DNA of 63,117 bases, counting the filler, from Stramenopiles sp. TOSAG23-3 (lineage: Eukaryota): assembly GCA_900128585.1 (NCBI GenBank). It is 12 parts of 12 records of this genome, joined end to end, with 100 filler letters (N's around TTAATTAATTAA, not from the genome) between each part and the next. Parts side by side here need not be neighbours in the genome. Positions count along the whole stretch, not along the records: positions 24,433 to 32,455 come from LT643076.1; positions 32,556 to 40,556 come from LT643077.1; positions 40,657 to 48,646 come from LT643078.1; 9 more parts are not named here. One strand, 5' to 3'. The first letter of the stretch is position 1; every line of letters begins with the position of its first letter. This document shows, one piece after another, positions 29,728 to 41,195 of this stretch. Under the pieces are notes generated by a model, which saw only the letters and a program-made list of their open reading frames with translations, made no database searches and was not told the DNA's origin. The translations under genes and the position numbers were made by a program.

Positions 29728-32328
29728 TCAGACAATTTTCGACATCATGGCGTCCATTTTTTGCGTGGCCAGTAACGAATTTATCTCCTGTGGAATCGTC
29801 AAAATGCCTGCTTTCTCCATTAATTCATTTATTTCGTCCCGCTTCTTCGCGCTTTTCATAACCGCGTACTGGTACATTTCTTTTCGGTACTTCGGGTCGT
29901 CGATGGATTTGATTTTCTGCATTTCGCGCCCGTCGTCATATTGCGCTTCGTGCAAAGTATGCATGAGTAATTCGATCTGGCGCTCCTTGTACTGAAAGGC
30001 GTTGTTTTCGTGATCAACCCACGTAGGAGGTGGTTTCGGCTTTCTTGGTGTCACTTGCCAGTCGTCCGACGTCACCGTTTTGACCTTCTTCGGTTTCGGT
30101 TTCTTGTGGTCCAGGTCGTGGAGGTAAAGAGTGCGCAGCATTTTCTTTTTATTCCCTGCAACACGTTTCGAAACGGGGTTCAGGTGCCTGCGCTTTCCGT
30201 TCTTCACTTCCGGGCGGGTCATCTTGTCCAATGCCCGTAGCAGATTTTCCTCCGAACTCATGTTCGCGGGAACAATACCAAATTTTGTGCGCATGTCCCT
30301 ATTTTGCACCAAGAAGGTGGACAAGAGAGGGTACGCGTACCCTGAGGGTTGAACCGCGATGTGAGTGTCGCTCTTATCCTCAATGACTGCGTTTTTACTG
30401 TCCTCTAACTGTTTCTTCTCTTTGATACGTTCTTCTGCCTCGGCCAACGATTTCATAGCTTCCTTTTTTGCACCCTCATCGGCGTCCAAGGAAGCGTTTA
30501 TTTTCGAGACTATGCCCAACAGCATTCTCCACTCTGGCGCCAGCTTGTCAGAGGGTTGAAGGGCAAGGCCAGACCGGGCCTTGTGGCGCCCGTGAAATAT
30601 TCGGTCGGCAATCTTTGCGTTTATCGAACTGGTGCCACGCTCGCCTTTGTATATTGTGTAGTCCATGCATGGTCTCTTGTTTTCCCGCAGCTGGTGCACA
30701 AAAATCAATTCTTCGTCCGACAAAGGGTCGTACAGAACACTTTCCGACAGAGCAACCCGCAACACTTTCATCACGGGACCATGACCCGCAGTGGATGCCA
30801 AATCCAGCGGTGTCTGAATGTCTTTTGTCAGCGTTTCTACTTCCGCACCCGCAGCAATCAGCACCTTTACAATTTCTAGGTACCCTCTAATAGATGCATA
30901 ATGCAACAGAGTCCATTTGTTGACGTCCCGCGTGTCTGGGCTGACGCCTTCGTCGAGAAACGTCTTCACTTTGGCCAAGTCCCCCATTTTTACAGCTTTG
31001 AACAGAGCGGGGGCCTTCCTCTGTGCTTTCTCGTACGCTGTCGGTTCTTTCTTTCTTAAAATTTCAGGTATAGGGATATGAGCGGCGCTCCCAGGGTTTT
31101 TCCCAGCCCTACGCTTTGCGAGCAAATAGTACTCTAACGCCCGCGCCTTGTCTATTTTTGATTTTGCTTTCTTGTACTCCCAGTCCATCGCTGCCTGGAG
31201 CTTCTTGTCTTCTCGCTCGCGGCGAGCTTTCTGCAGCCTTTCCTTTCTTTCCAAAAATATTTTCTTTTGCGTCATACTGTAATGCGAATCTTGCTGCATT
31301 TGGTTCCAATCTATCGTTTTCTTGCATACTCGGCATGGCTCGTGCTTGAAATCCCATGGCGTTTTGCACGCCGGGCAAAATACTGGAGCTAGTGCCATTT
31401 GGTCAATCGCCGCGGCAGCCGACCCTCTGAATTTGGAGTTGTACTTTGCCTTCATTACGCTCTTAGGGCCGACAAACCCGTCCGTCTTTACGTTTGTCAA
31501 ACCAAAAAATTTCGCCTTTCGCGCTTCCGCCTCCAGTGCCACTTTTTCCCTCATTAGCTCCAACCGCGCATCACTTTCCTTCTGCAACTGCGTCACTTCT
31601 AAATCTTCTAATAATTCTTTCATGAGAATTTCTCGGCGTTGACACCACCGGACGAAGTATTTTTTCCTCATGTCCGCTGATATTTTAGGATGGGCTAGAA
31701 AGAAGCTGTGGAAATCACGCACGCGCAACAGGTTCGGGTTGTGAACCCTCCTTCTTTTCAGCACTTCCTGGGCACGCGCGTTCATTTGGCACATTTTAAT
31801 TGGTTTGGCGTACAGGATGCGCCCGTCGGCATGCTGCATTGTCTGGTGGGGAAGCTCAAACAACTCTTGCAAACTAAGGTTTGTCTTGTAGGCCCCTTTC
31901 CGGGCAGCTGGCAAATTTCTCTGCACTTTAACCGGGCTTACCTTTGCTAACATTTTCTTTTGCCCGGGATCTTCGTGAACTTTTTTCACTCTGCCGACGC
32001 GGTTTATTTCCCATATAAAAAGAGCGCGCTCCCATGTCATCCGTGCCTCTAAGGGTTTCCCCAAAGCGTCTTGCATCGCTGACAGCTTGCCTAATATTCC
32101 CGCAAACTCAAGGCTTTGGCCGCCATGGAACCTTCGAGACACCACGCTGGCCCGTTTTAAAATAGACGCACTCTTGTAATAGTTTGCTTCCATCGCGGCT
32201 TTGCTTGCGTCCACCACTAATTCTTGTATTTCTTGCTCATATTCCTTTGCTGTTTTGTTTAACTGAACATCTTCAGCCTCCGGGGGAGATGCTGAGCTTT
32301 CCCCGTTGTCAGACTTGTTGTTGCTCAT
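29728..32328 (-). CDS. Uncharacterised TPR + C4 zinc-ribbon + ankyrin-repeat protein (paralog of 27278-29461)
   Basis: CPACK...CRVCKK; ankyrin repeats ALFKAVKMGD, WTLLHYASIRGYLEIVKVLIAAGA, QTPLDLASTAGH. Confidence 0.85.
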   Translation of the reverse strand: MSNNKSDNGESSASPPEAEDVQLNKTAKEYEQEIQELVVDASKAAMEANYYKSASILKRASVVSRRFHGGQSLEFAGILGKLSAMQDALGKPLEARMTWERALFIWEINRVGRVKKVHEDPGQKKMLAKVSPVKVQRNLPAARKGAYKTNLSLQELFELPHQTMQHADGRILYAKPIKMCQMNARAQEVLKRRRVHNPNLLRVRDFHSFFLAHPKISADMRKKYFVRWCQRREILMKELLEDLEVTQLQKESDARLELMREKVALEAEARKAKFFGLTNVKTDGFVGPKSVMKAKYNSKFRGSAAAAIDQMALAPVFCPACKTPWDFKHEPCRVCKKTIDWNQMQQDSHYSMTQKKIFLERKERLQKARREREDKKLQAAMDWEYKKAKSKIDKARALEYYLLAKRRAGKNPGSAAHIPIPEILRKKEPTAYEKAQRKAPALFKAVKMGDLAKVKTFLDEGVSPDTRDVNKWTLLHYASIRGYLEIVKVLIAAGAEVETLTKDIQTPLDLASTAGHGPVMKVLRVALSESVLYDPLSDEELIFVHQLRENKRPCMDYTIYKGERGTSSINAKIADRIFHGRHKARSGLALQPSDKLAPEWRMLLGIVSKINASLDADEGAKKEAMKSLAEAEERIKEKKQLEDSKNAVIEDKSDTHIAVQPSGYAYPLLSTFLVQNRDMRTKFGIVPANMSSEENLLRALDKMTRPEVKNGKRRHLNPVSKRVAGNKKKMLRTLYLHDLDHKKPKPKKVKTVTSDDWQVTPRKPKPPPTWVDHENNAFQYKERQIELLMHTLHEAQYDDGREMQKIKSIDDPKYRKEMYQYAVMKSAKKRDEINELMEKAGILTIPQEINSLLATQKMDAMMSKIV

Positions 32329-32823
32329 TTCAGGACTTCAGGTTCGCACACGTTGCATACCCTACTGCAGCAAACCTCGGGGGGAAATTTTGACCGAAAA
32401 ATCTTCCACTGTTGTGGGGCGTCTTAATGCTTTTGATTCCAACGGAGGGAGGGGGNNNNNNNNNNNNNNNNNNNNNNNNNNNNNNNNNNNNNNNNNNNNT
32501 TAATTAATTAANNNNNNNNNNNNNNNNNNNNNNNNNNNNNNNNNNNNNNNNNNNNATCAATGGTAGTGTGCCTTTATTATTCCCTTACACAGTATTAAAT
32601 AAAAATTGCAATGCAGCTACTGAAGAACAATGTTGATTTTAGTTGTTAGAAAACACGTGATAAAAAGTACACAAAGGAATAGTATTGGGTTTATTGGGCA
32701 CACAATGATTTTGTATCCAAACTAAACCATTGCTTTCTAACATTTTTTTTGAAAGTTCCTTCCGGTACCAAGGTAGTTTATTATAATAATATTTAATATA
32801 TTTATTTATAGTCAAATAAATTA

Positions 32824-33494
32824 AAAACAAGAAAATTGGTGGCTGTAGTATATATTTTTAAGTAATTAAATTTAGCTTCCTCCTACCCTAATCCTAACTT
32901 GGTTCTTTAATTAGTCAAATAAATTATAATAATAATAACTGCTTTGAAAATCTCACAGGGAATGAGTCATCTATGAATGGGACACCGGGCCAATTTTCTT
33001 GTTTTTATGTCATAACTAATATATAATAAAATAATAATAATACGGTTAAACCCTACTAACTTTGTCTCTAATTTCACATATATATATTGATTGACACAGG
33101 GAATCAGAGCGTTGCCAGCAGGACGAGATCCCGACGGGCACGCCAACGAACCTCGTCTACCGCACCGCTGATCGAAATTGACACAAACGACCCTCCCCCG
33201 ACATCTCAACTCAGGCAGACAACGAGCACCTCAAAAACAATTAAACCGCTGCTTGGAAGATGGTACAAGGATTGAGTTATCTCTGAGTGAGTGAGATATC
33301 GGATGAGGCCGTTAATGGACAAATGGAATAAAATCGTTCATTGGAAATTATATCATCCCCTCGGTGATTGACAACCAACAACGAATCAAAATTACAGAAT
33401 CAAGTTAGGATTAGGGTATGAGGAAGCTAAAATTATACTTAATATATAAATAATAAAAAATAATAATAACAGAGCCAATAATTTTCTTGTTTTT
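32824..33494. mobile_element. MITE-like element, copy 2 (family A), inverted relative to copy 1
   Basis: Left AAAACAAGAAAATTGG...TTTAGCTTCCTCCTACCCTAATCCTAACTTGGTTCT, right GTTAGGATTAGGGTATGAGGAAGCTAAA...GCCAATAATTTTCTTGTTTT; 33183-33310 is the reverse complement of about 2610-2760 with a deletion. Confidence 0.65.
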
Positions 33495-33567
33495 AATATA
33501 TTGATTTTCAAGAGAAGAAGAAGATCACGGTTGGCAATTTATTTACACATTAATAAGACTATAAAAT

Positions 33568-34257
33568 TTACATATTAACCCCCCACCGTTTCAACAAAAT
33601 CTTTGGGCAGCGGCCCACATGTTTCAGTAATGTTCCATCTTCAGCTGAAAATGTAGCGGAGCAGTTCCCCTCGGCCTTGATAAGCTTTCTGTCCCCTGAA
33701 TCGGTAAGGACAGAACTTTTCGTGGGTGGCATCACAAACGGCTTCCCTTGATGGCCAAGCTGGCCGTGTTCGCCCCGTCCCCATGTCCATACCTCTCCAG
33801 ACTTGAGCAAAGCGACGGAATGGTCGTCCCCAGCCGCTACACTGACAACGTCTTTTAGTGCAAAAATGTGCTGTGGGCGTTTGTGCCAAAGCTTTCCCTG
33901 CCATGAATACCCCACAGCCCCGGCCTCCGGGCTTCCTAAACCTAACTGCTGCCAACGGTCGCACCCACACGCAAACACTTGCCCCACCAGGTTCACGAAC
34001 AGCGTGTGCCCAGAATCCCTGGACCCCCCTGCAGCAACGCCCACTACATCACCCAAACCATCCACTTCTTTGCGCTCCTGTATACCCCCGGATTTACCAC
34101 CACCTTGTTTATTTGAAGGTCGGCAAAGTTGCCCGAACCTATTTCCGCGCTTGTTACTGCAGATCGCCCACGCGTACGCCTTCCCGTCTTTCACGGTGGC
34201 GCAATGATTCTGGGAACAGCTAACAATTTCTGGTGCTAGTAATTCGTCACTCTTCAT
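33568..34257 (-). CDS. RCC1-repeat protein
   Basis: NRFGQL, VAAGG..SGHTLF...GQVFACGCDRWQQLGLG, VAAGDDHSVALLKSGEVWTWGRGEHGQLG. Confidence 0.9.
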   Translation of the reverse strand: MKSDELLAPEIVSCSQNHCATVKDGKAYAWAICSNKRGNRFGQLCRPSNKQGGGKSGGIQERKEVDGLGDVVGVAAGGSRDSGHTLFVNLVGQVFACGCDRWQQLGLGSPEAGAVGYSWQGKLWHKRPQHIFALKDVVSVAAGDDHSVALLKSGEVWTWGRGEHGQLGHQGKPFVMPPTKSSVLTDSGDRKLIKAEGNCSATFSAEDGTLLKHVGRCPKILLKRWGVNM

Positions 34258-34975
34258 TCCTATTTTGTTGCGTTTGCATCGGTTCCTTTCTCATCAATTA
34301 TTTGCATACATAATAAACATTTCATTGCTCGACATCCTCAAATTGTGTTCTGTTCTCAAGGTGGGAACAAACCTTGTCGGGCTTAATTCGACAAATATTG
34401 TTCGATTGGAACACCACCACCTACTATTCCGTCGATTATTATTATATAGTCGTCTTCTTCGTCTTGTTTTTCACTGCTGCTCTGCTCATGCTGTATTCTT
34501 AGTATATTATTTTTTAAGGGGTCTGCTACGTCATTCCGTTCCTATGATTCAAATTATGCTGTGTCTATATACAGTATTTGTGAATTTGTTCGAGAATAAA
34601 TAAATCCCCAAATAAAATTCCAAGAAGAGACGACAGCATTGTTATTTTAGGAAAATATATTATTTCATATATTTAATATTAATTATATAATTATAGTTTA
34701 GTGTATTTAATAACAATATTTTGTATTCATTTGACAGGAAATATTTCATTTAAAAAAAATATAATAATAATAATACAACAACAAAAAAACTTTCTTCTTC
34801 TCTTTCAGCAGTTTGATATGTTTCTTACCATCCGTTTCTTGCGCTTCCCTCTGTCGAAAAGGCCAACATTCTTTCTCCCTTTACCCGTTTTAATCTTTTG
34901 TTCGGAGGGGCATGATATATGCATACCATGAGCAATTCTGAACACCATCCGCATGTCTCGACCAACAGCATGCAT

Positions 34976-35923
34976 TTACTCTTCGTCTGGGTTGTAGAAG
35001 ATGCCGTTTGCTTCGTTTCTTTCCTTCAAGGATTCGGTCAAGAAAATACGGCCCTGGTGGAACATCGTTAGGGAAATGATGGCCTTGATGATACCGATCC
35101 CTTGTCCACGGAAGACACCGCGCAGCCCGAACTCTTTGCTGTCTCGCGCGACCTCTTTGCAGGCGTCTAATAGACTAATGCTCTTTTTGTTAATGGACGA
35201 AGTTTGCATAATAACTTCCAACCGGGATAGTGGGTTAGTCATCAAGATGTAGATTGGACTGACCAGGGAAGAAGCGATCAACCCGGTGACAAAGGTGCCC
35301 AGGTCGGTCTTCGACCCTAGCTCTTTCTTTATGTATTTTTGCAGCTGTGGCTGTCCGACAAGCCCCGTCGTTGCACTTGCCAAGGAATGGCCCATGAGGG
35401 GGAAGGTTCCTCGGAAGAGAGGCTTGTACTGCTTCGCCGCACTTTCCTTTAAAATTTCCATAATTGGCTTCTGCGCCCCCGTCTGCTTGAAATACGCCCG
35501 CTGCTGTTTTTCAATCATGCGGATGGGGTTGATGAATGGGGCCGACAAGATGGACGCCCCCGTGGCAGCCATCATTCCGACTTCTCCCCCCTCTTGGAGG
35601 AAGTAAGAAATTGCTAACAGTGACCCGAATTTGGGGATGCGCTTAAAACCAACACCTACCAAACGCGGCCCAAGCCCCGACAGGCAGGCCGATACAGGGC
35701 TTCTCTTGAAGACGGCGTTGGCTTCGTGGCGGGCTATTTTCGGGTCTACGGCCTTTCCATCCAAACCTTTGGCATACTGCTGTACCAATTGGCGGTAAGC
35801 AGTGACGGGGTTGTCTACCACAGTCTGAAAGGCAGAGCCACCAAGATAGGCAACCATGGTTTCGAACGGGGTGATCCCGTTCTTCTTGACTTTGAAGTAG
35901 GATGGGTCGAGCAGAGAAGACAT
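34976..35923 (-). CDS. Mitochondrial carrier family (SLC25) protein
   Basis: Three Px..(K/R) repeats (NPVTAYR, NPIRMIEKQ, NPLSRLEVIMQ) with PLFRG and GLRGVFRG motifs, 315 aa. Confidence 0.85.
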   Translation of the reverse strand: MSSLLDPSYFKVKKNGITPFETMVAYLGGSAFQTVVDNPVTAYRQLVQQYAKGLDGKAVDPKIARHEANAVFKRSPVSACLSGLGPRLVGVGFKRIPKFGSLLAISYFLQEGGEVGMMAATGASILSAPFINPIRMIEKQQRAYFKQTGAQKPIMEILKESAAKQYKPLFRGTFPLMGHSLASATTGLVGQPQLQKYIKKELGSKTDLGTFVTGLIASSLVSPIYILMTNPLSRLEVIMQTSSINKKSISLLDACKEVARDSKEFGLRGVFRGQGIGIIKAIISLTMFHQGRIFLTESLKERNEANGIFYNPDEE

Positions 35924-37080
35924 TGTTCGGTCAGTTGGGGTCGGTCGCTACGCGATAGGTTGAATGGCAAAAGTGTATCTAACAAAAAATAGTGTAGAAA
36001 AACTGAACAATAAAAATGTAATCGTTTGCTTTGGATGTGTCTTTAATTGAACGCGAATAAAAACATGCGTGGGAAACGAACAATTGCGTCCGTACCCTTC
36101 TACATGTTGAATACATAGACGACCATTGTGATGCCAAACCCATAATCTGAACCACATTTTTTCATCGCCGCCGCGTCGTGCGTCGTCGTCGTTTCTCCTT
36201 CACAATCATTCATCACAATTCTATTCCTATGTTAAATTATAATAACATCATCACCATTCTTGTACAAAAGTATACCTTCTACTACTCAGCTCAAATCATT
36301 TTTTTGCTTCGTCGTTGTTGTTTATAATACGTAATATACAGTATATATACATAATAATAGATATAATATAACATTTAATAAAATGTCTACAATATAATAA
36401 TAACATTGTTTGTTATTATGCCTACATTTTATTTTATTGAAAATTGATGAAAATATATATACTCACTAATTCTTCTCCTACATAAAGATAGCATTGATGT
36501 ATTGATGACGAATACAATCAAACCACAAAAAGCATTTGATTTTTTTCATTTCTTCCTTCCCTTTGCTGTGTAATCTATACATGGTGACGTAGGTGAAGGG
36601 AAAATGCTGACGACGCCACAAGGTTCTTTTTTATTACGTAAAAATATAACTATAACTTTAAATAGGAGACTAGTGTATACATTATAATGTTAAATACGTA
36701 TAATTCGTCTGAAACTATTTTTTAAACCCTATTTCTAAGCTCTGCTGAGTGATTTTTTGCTGTTGTTGTTAGTCTAGGTTGTAGTTGACACACTACGAGG
36801 ATAGATAATATATTTTAGATGATACCAGTAATAGAAGAACGAGTACTCTACCGGTAGAACGACTATTGAAGAAGAAGAAGTGTTTTTTTGAATTGAATGA
36901 TGTTTCCGTCCAAAGTTCAACAAGGTTTCTTTTTCTTCTTGAATACTTTGATTATCTACGATTATCGTCCTTCTAATGTTCTCGTTTTTCTCATGCAACA
37001 TAGAAGGCCTTTCGTAACAATTTCAAGGTCTCTCTCTACCAATGCCTTTTATTTTTATTCGTGGGGGTTCTCTTTCAACC

Positions 37081-38463
37081 ATGCTTTTGTCTAGGGGCGT
37101 CGGGTACCGGTGCCTCTTCGTGCTCTGTGGGTTTCTCCTGTCGTATTTATGTGCCAGGGTAGAAGGCCTTGGGTCCTGTGTTGTCGAACGCTTCGAGGGA
37201 ATTCAAATTCATGATCGTCACCCATTTACTGACTTGACGAACCGTGGGGGCATTGACGCAGACGCGTGCTCCCAATGGTGCTGCGGCACAGCAAAGTGCG
37301 AGGCGTTTTTTCATACCACGAACCAACTCTCCGACGCGGGCAACTGCAAAAAAGGGGCTAGCTGCTGCTGGCTGAAGCCGACGTTCAACGAAAGCAGGCT
37401 GGGCGATAAGTGCGAGACGGAAACGGACTGTGTCTCTGGGAGATGCCGGCGCTCCGTTGGCCCTGAAGTCACGATCTCAAATATTCACCCCAGGACCGAC
37501 AGGGGCGGGGAAATCATGGATGCGCATGACTCTAAAATGCTTCTTTTGGATGGAGTGTACCATTGGTACGCCGCCTCTTATGGGGAGTGCACCGAACCGA
37601 AAGGGGCTAATGGATGCAGCGCATCCGCGATAGGGGACTGTGGGTTTAAAACGGACCACAATGTAACGCTCTTTACGTCTATCGACCTGGTCACGTGGGC
37701 GAACTGTGGGGTCGTGTTTAGCGCTACGGGCAACCTTCCCCCGCAGTCCGTCCTGTTTGCACCAAAGACCGTGTTCAACAAAATCACGCAGGAGTACGTC
37801 ATGTGGTTCAATTACATCGTTGGGGACTTTTCGAAATCGTACTATGGGGTTGCCACGTCGAAAACATCCTCTGGGCCGTTTGAAATCCAAGTCCACAACG
37901 TCAACACCACGCAGTACAAAGACAATGGCGACGAAAACCTCTTCGTCGACGACGATGGGACTGGGTACTTGATATACACGAGCATTGCGCAAGGTCACGG
38001 CATTTCAATCGAAAAATTAACCCCCGATTTCAAAGGCACCCTGGGCGCCCGATCATCCAGTGGAATTTTTGGGGTAAAACTTAGTGAGGCACCAGCACTC
38101 TTCAAACGGCAGGGGGTTTACTACGCTGTCTTTGGGACATGCTGTTGTTACTGTGGGGCAGGCTCAGAGGTGAACGTGTACACCAGCACTACGGGGGCCC
38201 TGGGCCCGTACACCAAACGGACCTCCCTCGGGCAGCTCCACTCCCAATCCACGGACATTTTCCGTTACGTAGACTCTGACGGGAAGGAACAGTTCATGTA
38301 TATTGGCGATCACTGGCAAAGCGCCCCGGACCGCATTAAGGGTCATGATTTCACCGTCTGGGCAAAGCTTGATTTTTCTCAAGACGGCTTGCAAGTGACA
38401 ACCAACGGGTTTCAAGGCAGTTTCAACGTGAGCGTCTGGGGGGCGGTTGGCGGTGCGGTGTAA
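37081..38463 (+). CDS. Secreted PAN/Apple-like domain + GH43 (subfamily 24-like, beta-galactanase) glycoside hydrolase
   Basis: Signal peptide; ACSQWCC..AKCEAF...CCWLK; IMDAHD, YHWYA, FAPKTVFN..TQEYVMWFN, GDENLFVDDDGTGYLIY, SEAPALFKRQGVYY, HSQST, YIGDHW. Confidence 0.88.
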   Translation: MLLSRGVGYRCLFVLCGFLLSYLCARVEGLGSCVVERFEGIQIHDRHPFTDLTNRGGIDADACSQWCCGTAKCEAFFHTTNQLSDAGNCKKGASCCWLKPTFNESRLGDKCETETDCVSGRCRRSVGPEVTISNIHPRTDRGGEIMDAHDSKMLLLDGVYHWYAASYGECTEPKGANGCSASAIGDCGFKTDHNVTLFTSIDLVTWANCGVVFSATGNLPPQSVLFAPKTVFNKITQEYVMWFNYIVGDFSKSYYGVATSKTSSGPFEIQVHNVNTTQYKDNGDENLFVDDDGTGYLIYTSIAQGHGISIEKLTPDFKGTLGARSSSGIFGVKLSEAPALFKRQGVYYAVFGTCCCYCGAGSEVNVYTSTTGALGPYTKRTSLGQLHSQSTDIFRYVDSDGKEQFMYIGDHWQSAPDRIKGHDFTVWAKLDFSQDGLQVTTNGFQGSFNVSVWGAVGGAV

Positions 38464-39708
38464 ATTGATTTGCCCACCAAGAGAAGTCTGGATCTTATTA
38501 ATGGCTGTTATTTGCTACATAGTAGTAGTTTCCGCAGTGAATCGGAACATGGTAAGGAAGAAGACCACGAGAGTGTTGGAGTTGAGAAGTAAGTGTAAGA
38601 GGCTTTTACACAATAAATAACAGCCAATTTTCTTGTGTACTTTAAAAGGTTTCTATCATAATTCAATTTGTAGATTAGTCAAAATCATAAAACACTTATC
38701 TCAAATGTTCTTAATTGACATCATGTTAGCGCTTCGGTGTCAACGTGCGATTAGTCAAGCATTCTAACAAGCTTCTTCACGCACGGTCGAAAAGTCTGCA
38801 CAGTTTCGTCGAAGCAAAGTCAAGAGCGCCCAGAACGATTCAAGCCGTTCTCTCTAAATTTATTGGGTTTTCAAAAGTGGTCAAAAATGCGGAGGACGAA
38901 TAACTTCTCCTTCACTCCAACAATTGTCGGTTTTCAAATGATGTAGCAGTAAGGGGGTAATTCTGCATAATGCTAGTCATCCCACTCGACCCACCGGGTC
39001 AAAATGATGACAAGAAAGAAGACACAAAAACAAAACGATGCCCAGCCAATGAAACAGTTGCACACATTCCACCCTGCACACGTGTAGTTGCAATCCCCAT
39101 CCCCGTCCCCTTCTAAATGTGAGCTAGCAACCATATTATCCTGCTCACACGACGGGATTCGCACAGAGCCCGAACGGTTGCACAAACCACTGTTTTATCC
39201 AAAAACTATTACCGTAAGTTTCACGAATTCTATAAAAACAGAACGTTCTGTTTACGTACACAATCTACCGTTTCATTCATTTAAACCAAAAGGTTAAATT
39301 TTCCTTTTTGATCTTTCAATTCCTATATTATATATTATTATACGACATATTTTTTATAGTACCAGTAGTAGTAGAATAGAGAATCGTTGAATTACTACAT
39401 CATCATTATTAACCCCACCCGCGAACGGTGAATGATTATTTATAGTATTATTATTCATACTTTTATATACACAATAATGCTATAGCAATGTATAATAAAA
39501 TTAATATATAACGGTTGTTTCAGTAAAAAGAGCAAGAAAGAAAAGAAAGAAAGAAGGAAAGAAACAAAAAGCCGATGTTATTAAATACAACGTGACAACG
39601 TGTAATAATATAATATGATCTGATGCACACTTTATGATTATAAAATAATAATTTTAAATCACAATAAAATATAATAATTGTTGTTACAAAAACAAATGAT
39701 GAAGGAAG

Positions 39709-40556
39709 ATGAGTGAGGAGAAGAAGAAGCGTATTATAATATTTTTAGGGTGTTGTGGCGTATACATATGGTACCAAAGATGTATCGGCAGTATATTGTG
39801 TATGATGGAAAAGGGGGGAAAAGTACGGGAAAAGAAGAACGATAGTAAAACAATACAAACAAACAGACACACGAAAAGAGGGGATCGAGTACGCCGAGGC
39901 TCGCGGCAAGCTGTCCTGGGAAAGATGAAGTCGCGGATGAAAACCTCCCATGCCGTTCATGAAATGGACAAACACTTTACGGTGGGCCTGGCGGCAGACC
40001 CTGCAATTCATTCTGGGGGCTACGAAATGAAAACTGCAATGGACATATTGGAAGAAGCTCGCAGGCCCGTCGAACTGAGCGAGTCGAGGCAGGGAAAATT
40101 GGCCCGTTTGTCGGACAGTTTAAAGCGGCGAAGGCCCCAGCTGGTCGCCCTCGACGAGCACCAGCGCAACTTGCTCAAGGGCGGGTCGCTCGTTGCAAAG
40201 GCGTTGACCCTGCGCGACTTGTACCGTGCCGTGGAAGAGGCCTGCCCGATCGTCATGCCTACGACAAAGTCCGCTCTGTTGATTGTCGACCCGTTGGACG
40301 ACGAACGGCTGGTGTCGGAGACGCTGTCCCGCGTTTTTCAGATCACGGCAGAAAAGAGTGTGGTGGGGCACGTTGCGGCCACGGGCGAGAGCCTGAACAT
40401 GGCGATCGCCGACATGTCCGAGTGGCCCACGAAGGACCCACGGGACGATGACGGGCTGGACCCGAACCAGTTTCATCAAAGCTATTCTCGCGACCCCACC
40501 AAAAGCGTTGTGTGCGTTCCCGTCCGGGCGTACAATGCGGAGCAGAGCATTTTGGG
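39709..40556 (+). CDS. GAF-domain protein, 3'-truncated (start uncertain; alternative ATG 39925)
   Basis: KSVVGHVAATGESLNM...F...TKSVVCVPV, typical of GAF domains of phosphodiesterases/cyclases. Confidence 0.75.
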
Positions 40557-40656
40557 NNNNNNNNNNNNNNNNNNNNNNNNNNNNNNNNNNNNNNNNNNNN
40601 TTAATTAATTAANNNNNNNNNNNNNNNNNNNNNNNNNNNNNNNNNNNNNNNNNNNN

Positions 40657-40930
40657 AAGAAGAAGAAGAAGAAGAAGAAGAAGAAGAAGAAGAAGAAGAA
40701 GAAGAAGAAGAAAGAAGAAGAAGAAGAAAGAAGAAAAAGAAAGAAGAAGAAGAAAGAAGAAAAAGAAAGAAGAGAGAAGAAAAAGAAAGAAGAAAGAAGA
40801 AAAAGAAAGAAGAAAGAAGAAGAAAAAGAAGAAGAAAGAAGAAAGAAGAAAGAAGAAAAAGAAAGAAGAAAGAAGAAAAAGAAAGAAGAAAGAAGAAAAA
40901 GAAAGAAGAAAGAAGAAGAAAAAGAAAGAA
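40657..40930. repeat. Pure purine (GAA/GAAA) low-complexity tract
   Basis: About 270 nt of A/G only. Confidence 0.95.
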
Positions 40931-41195
40931 GATCGATCATCATCATCATCTCCTCCCATTTTTTTTAAATAAAATAATAATAATAACGTCCCTCTCCCCC
41001 ACTTTAGAAACAAAGGAAACAGCTGACGCACGGATAAGGTTTGAATTGAGTAGGAGTTTTACTTTGAAAGGCATTGACATTTATACTTCGCACAGATTCC
41101 TGAAGTGCACCTTCATTCTTTGTTCTGTGGATATCCTTCGCTTTGGTTTGTACTCGACACGGACCCACCCGCGCACAACTACCACCACCACCACC

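Noticed and set aside
38690-39250. Mid-GC stretch that might hide a gene
   Set aside because: The frames I read are interrupted by stops and show no motif; I could not support a call.
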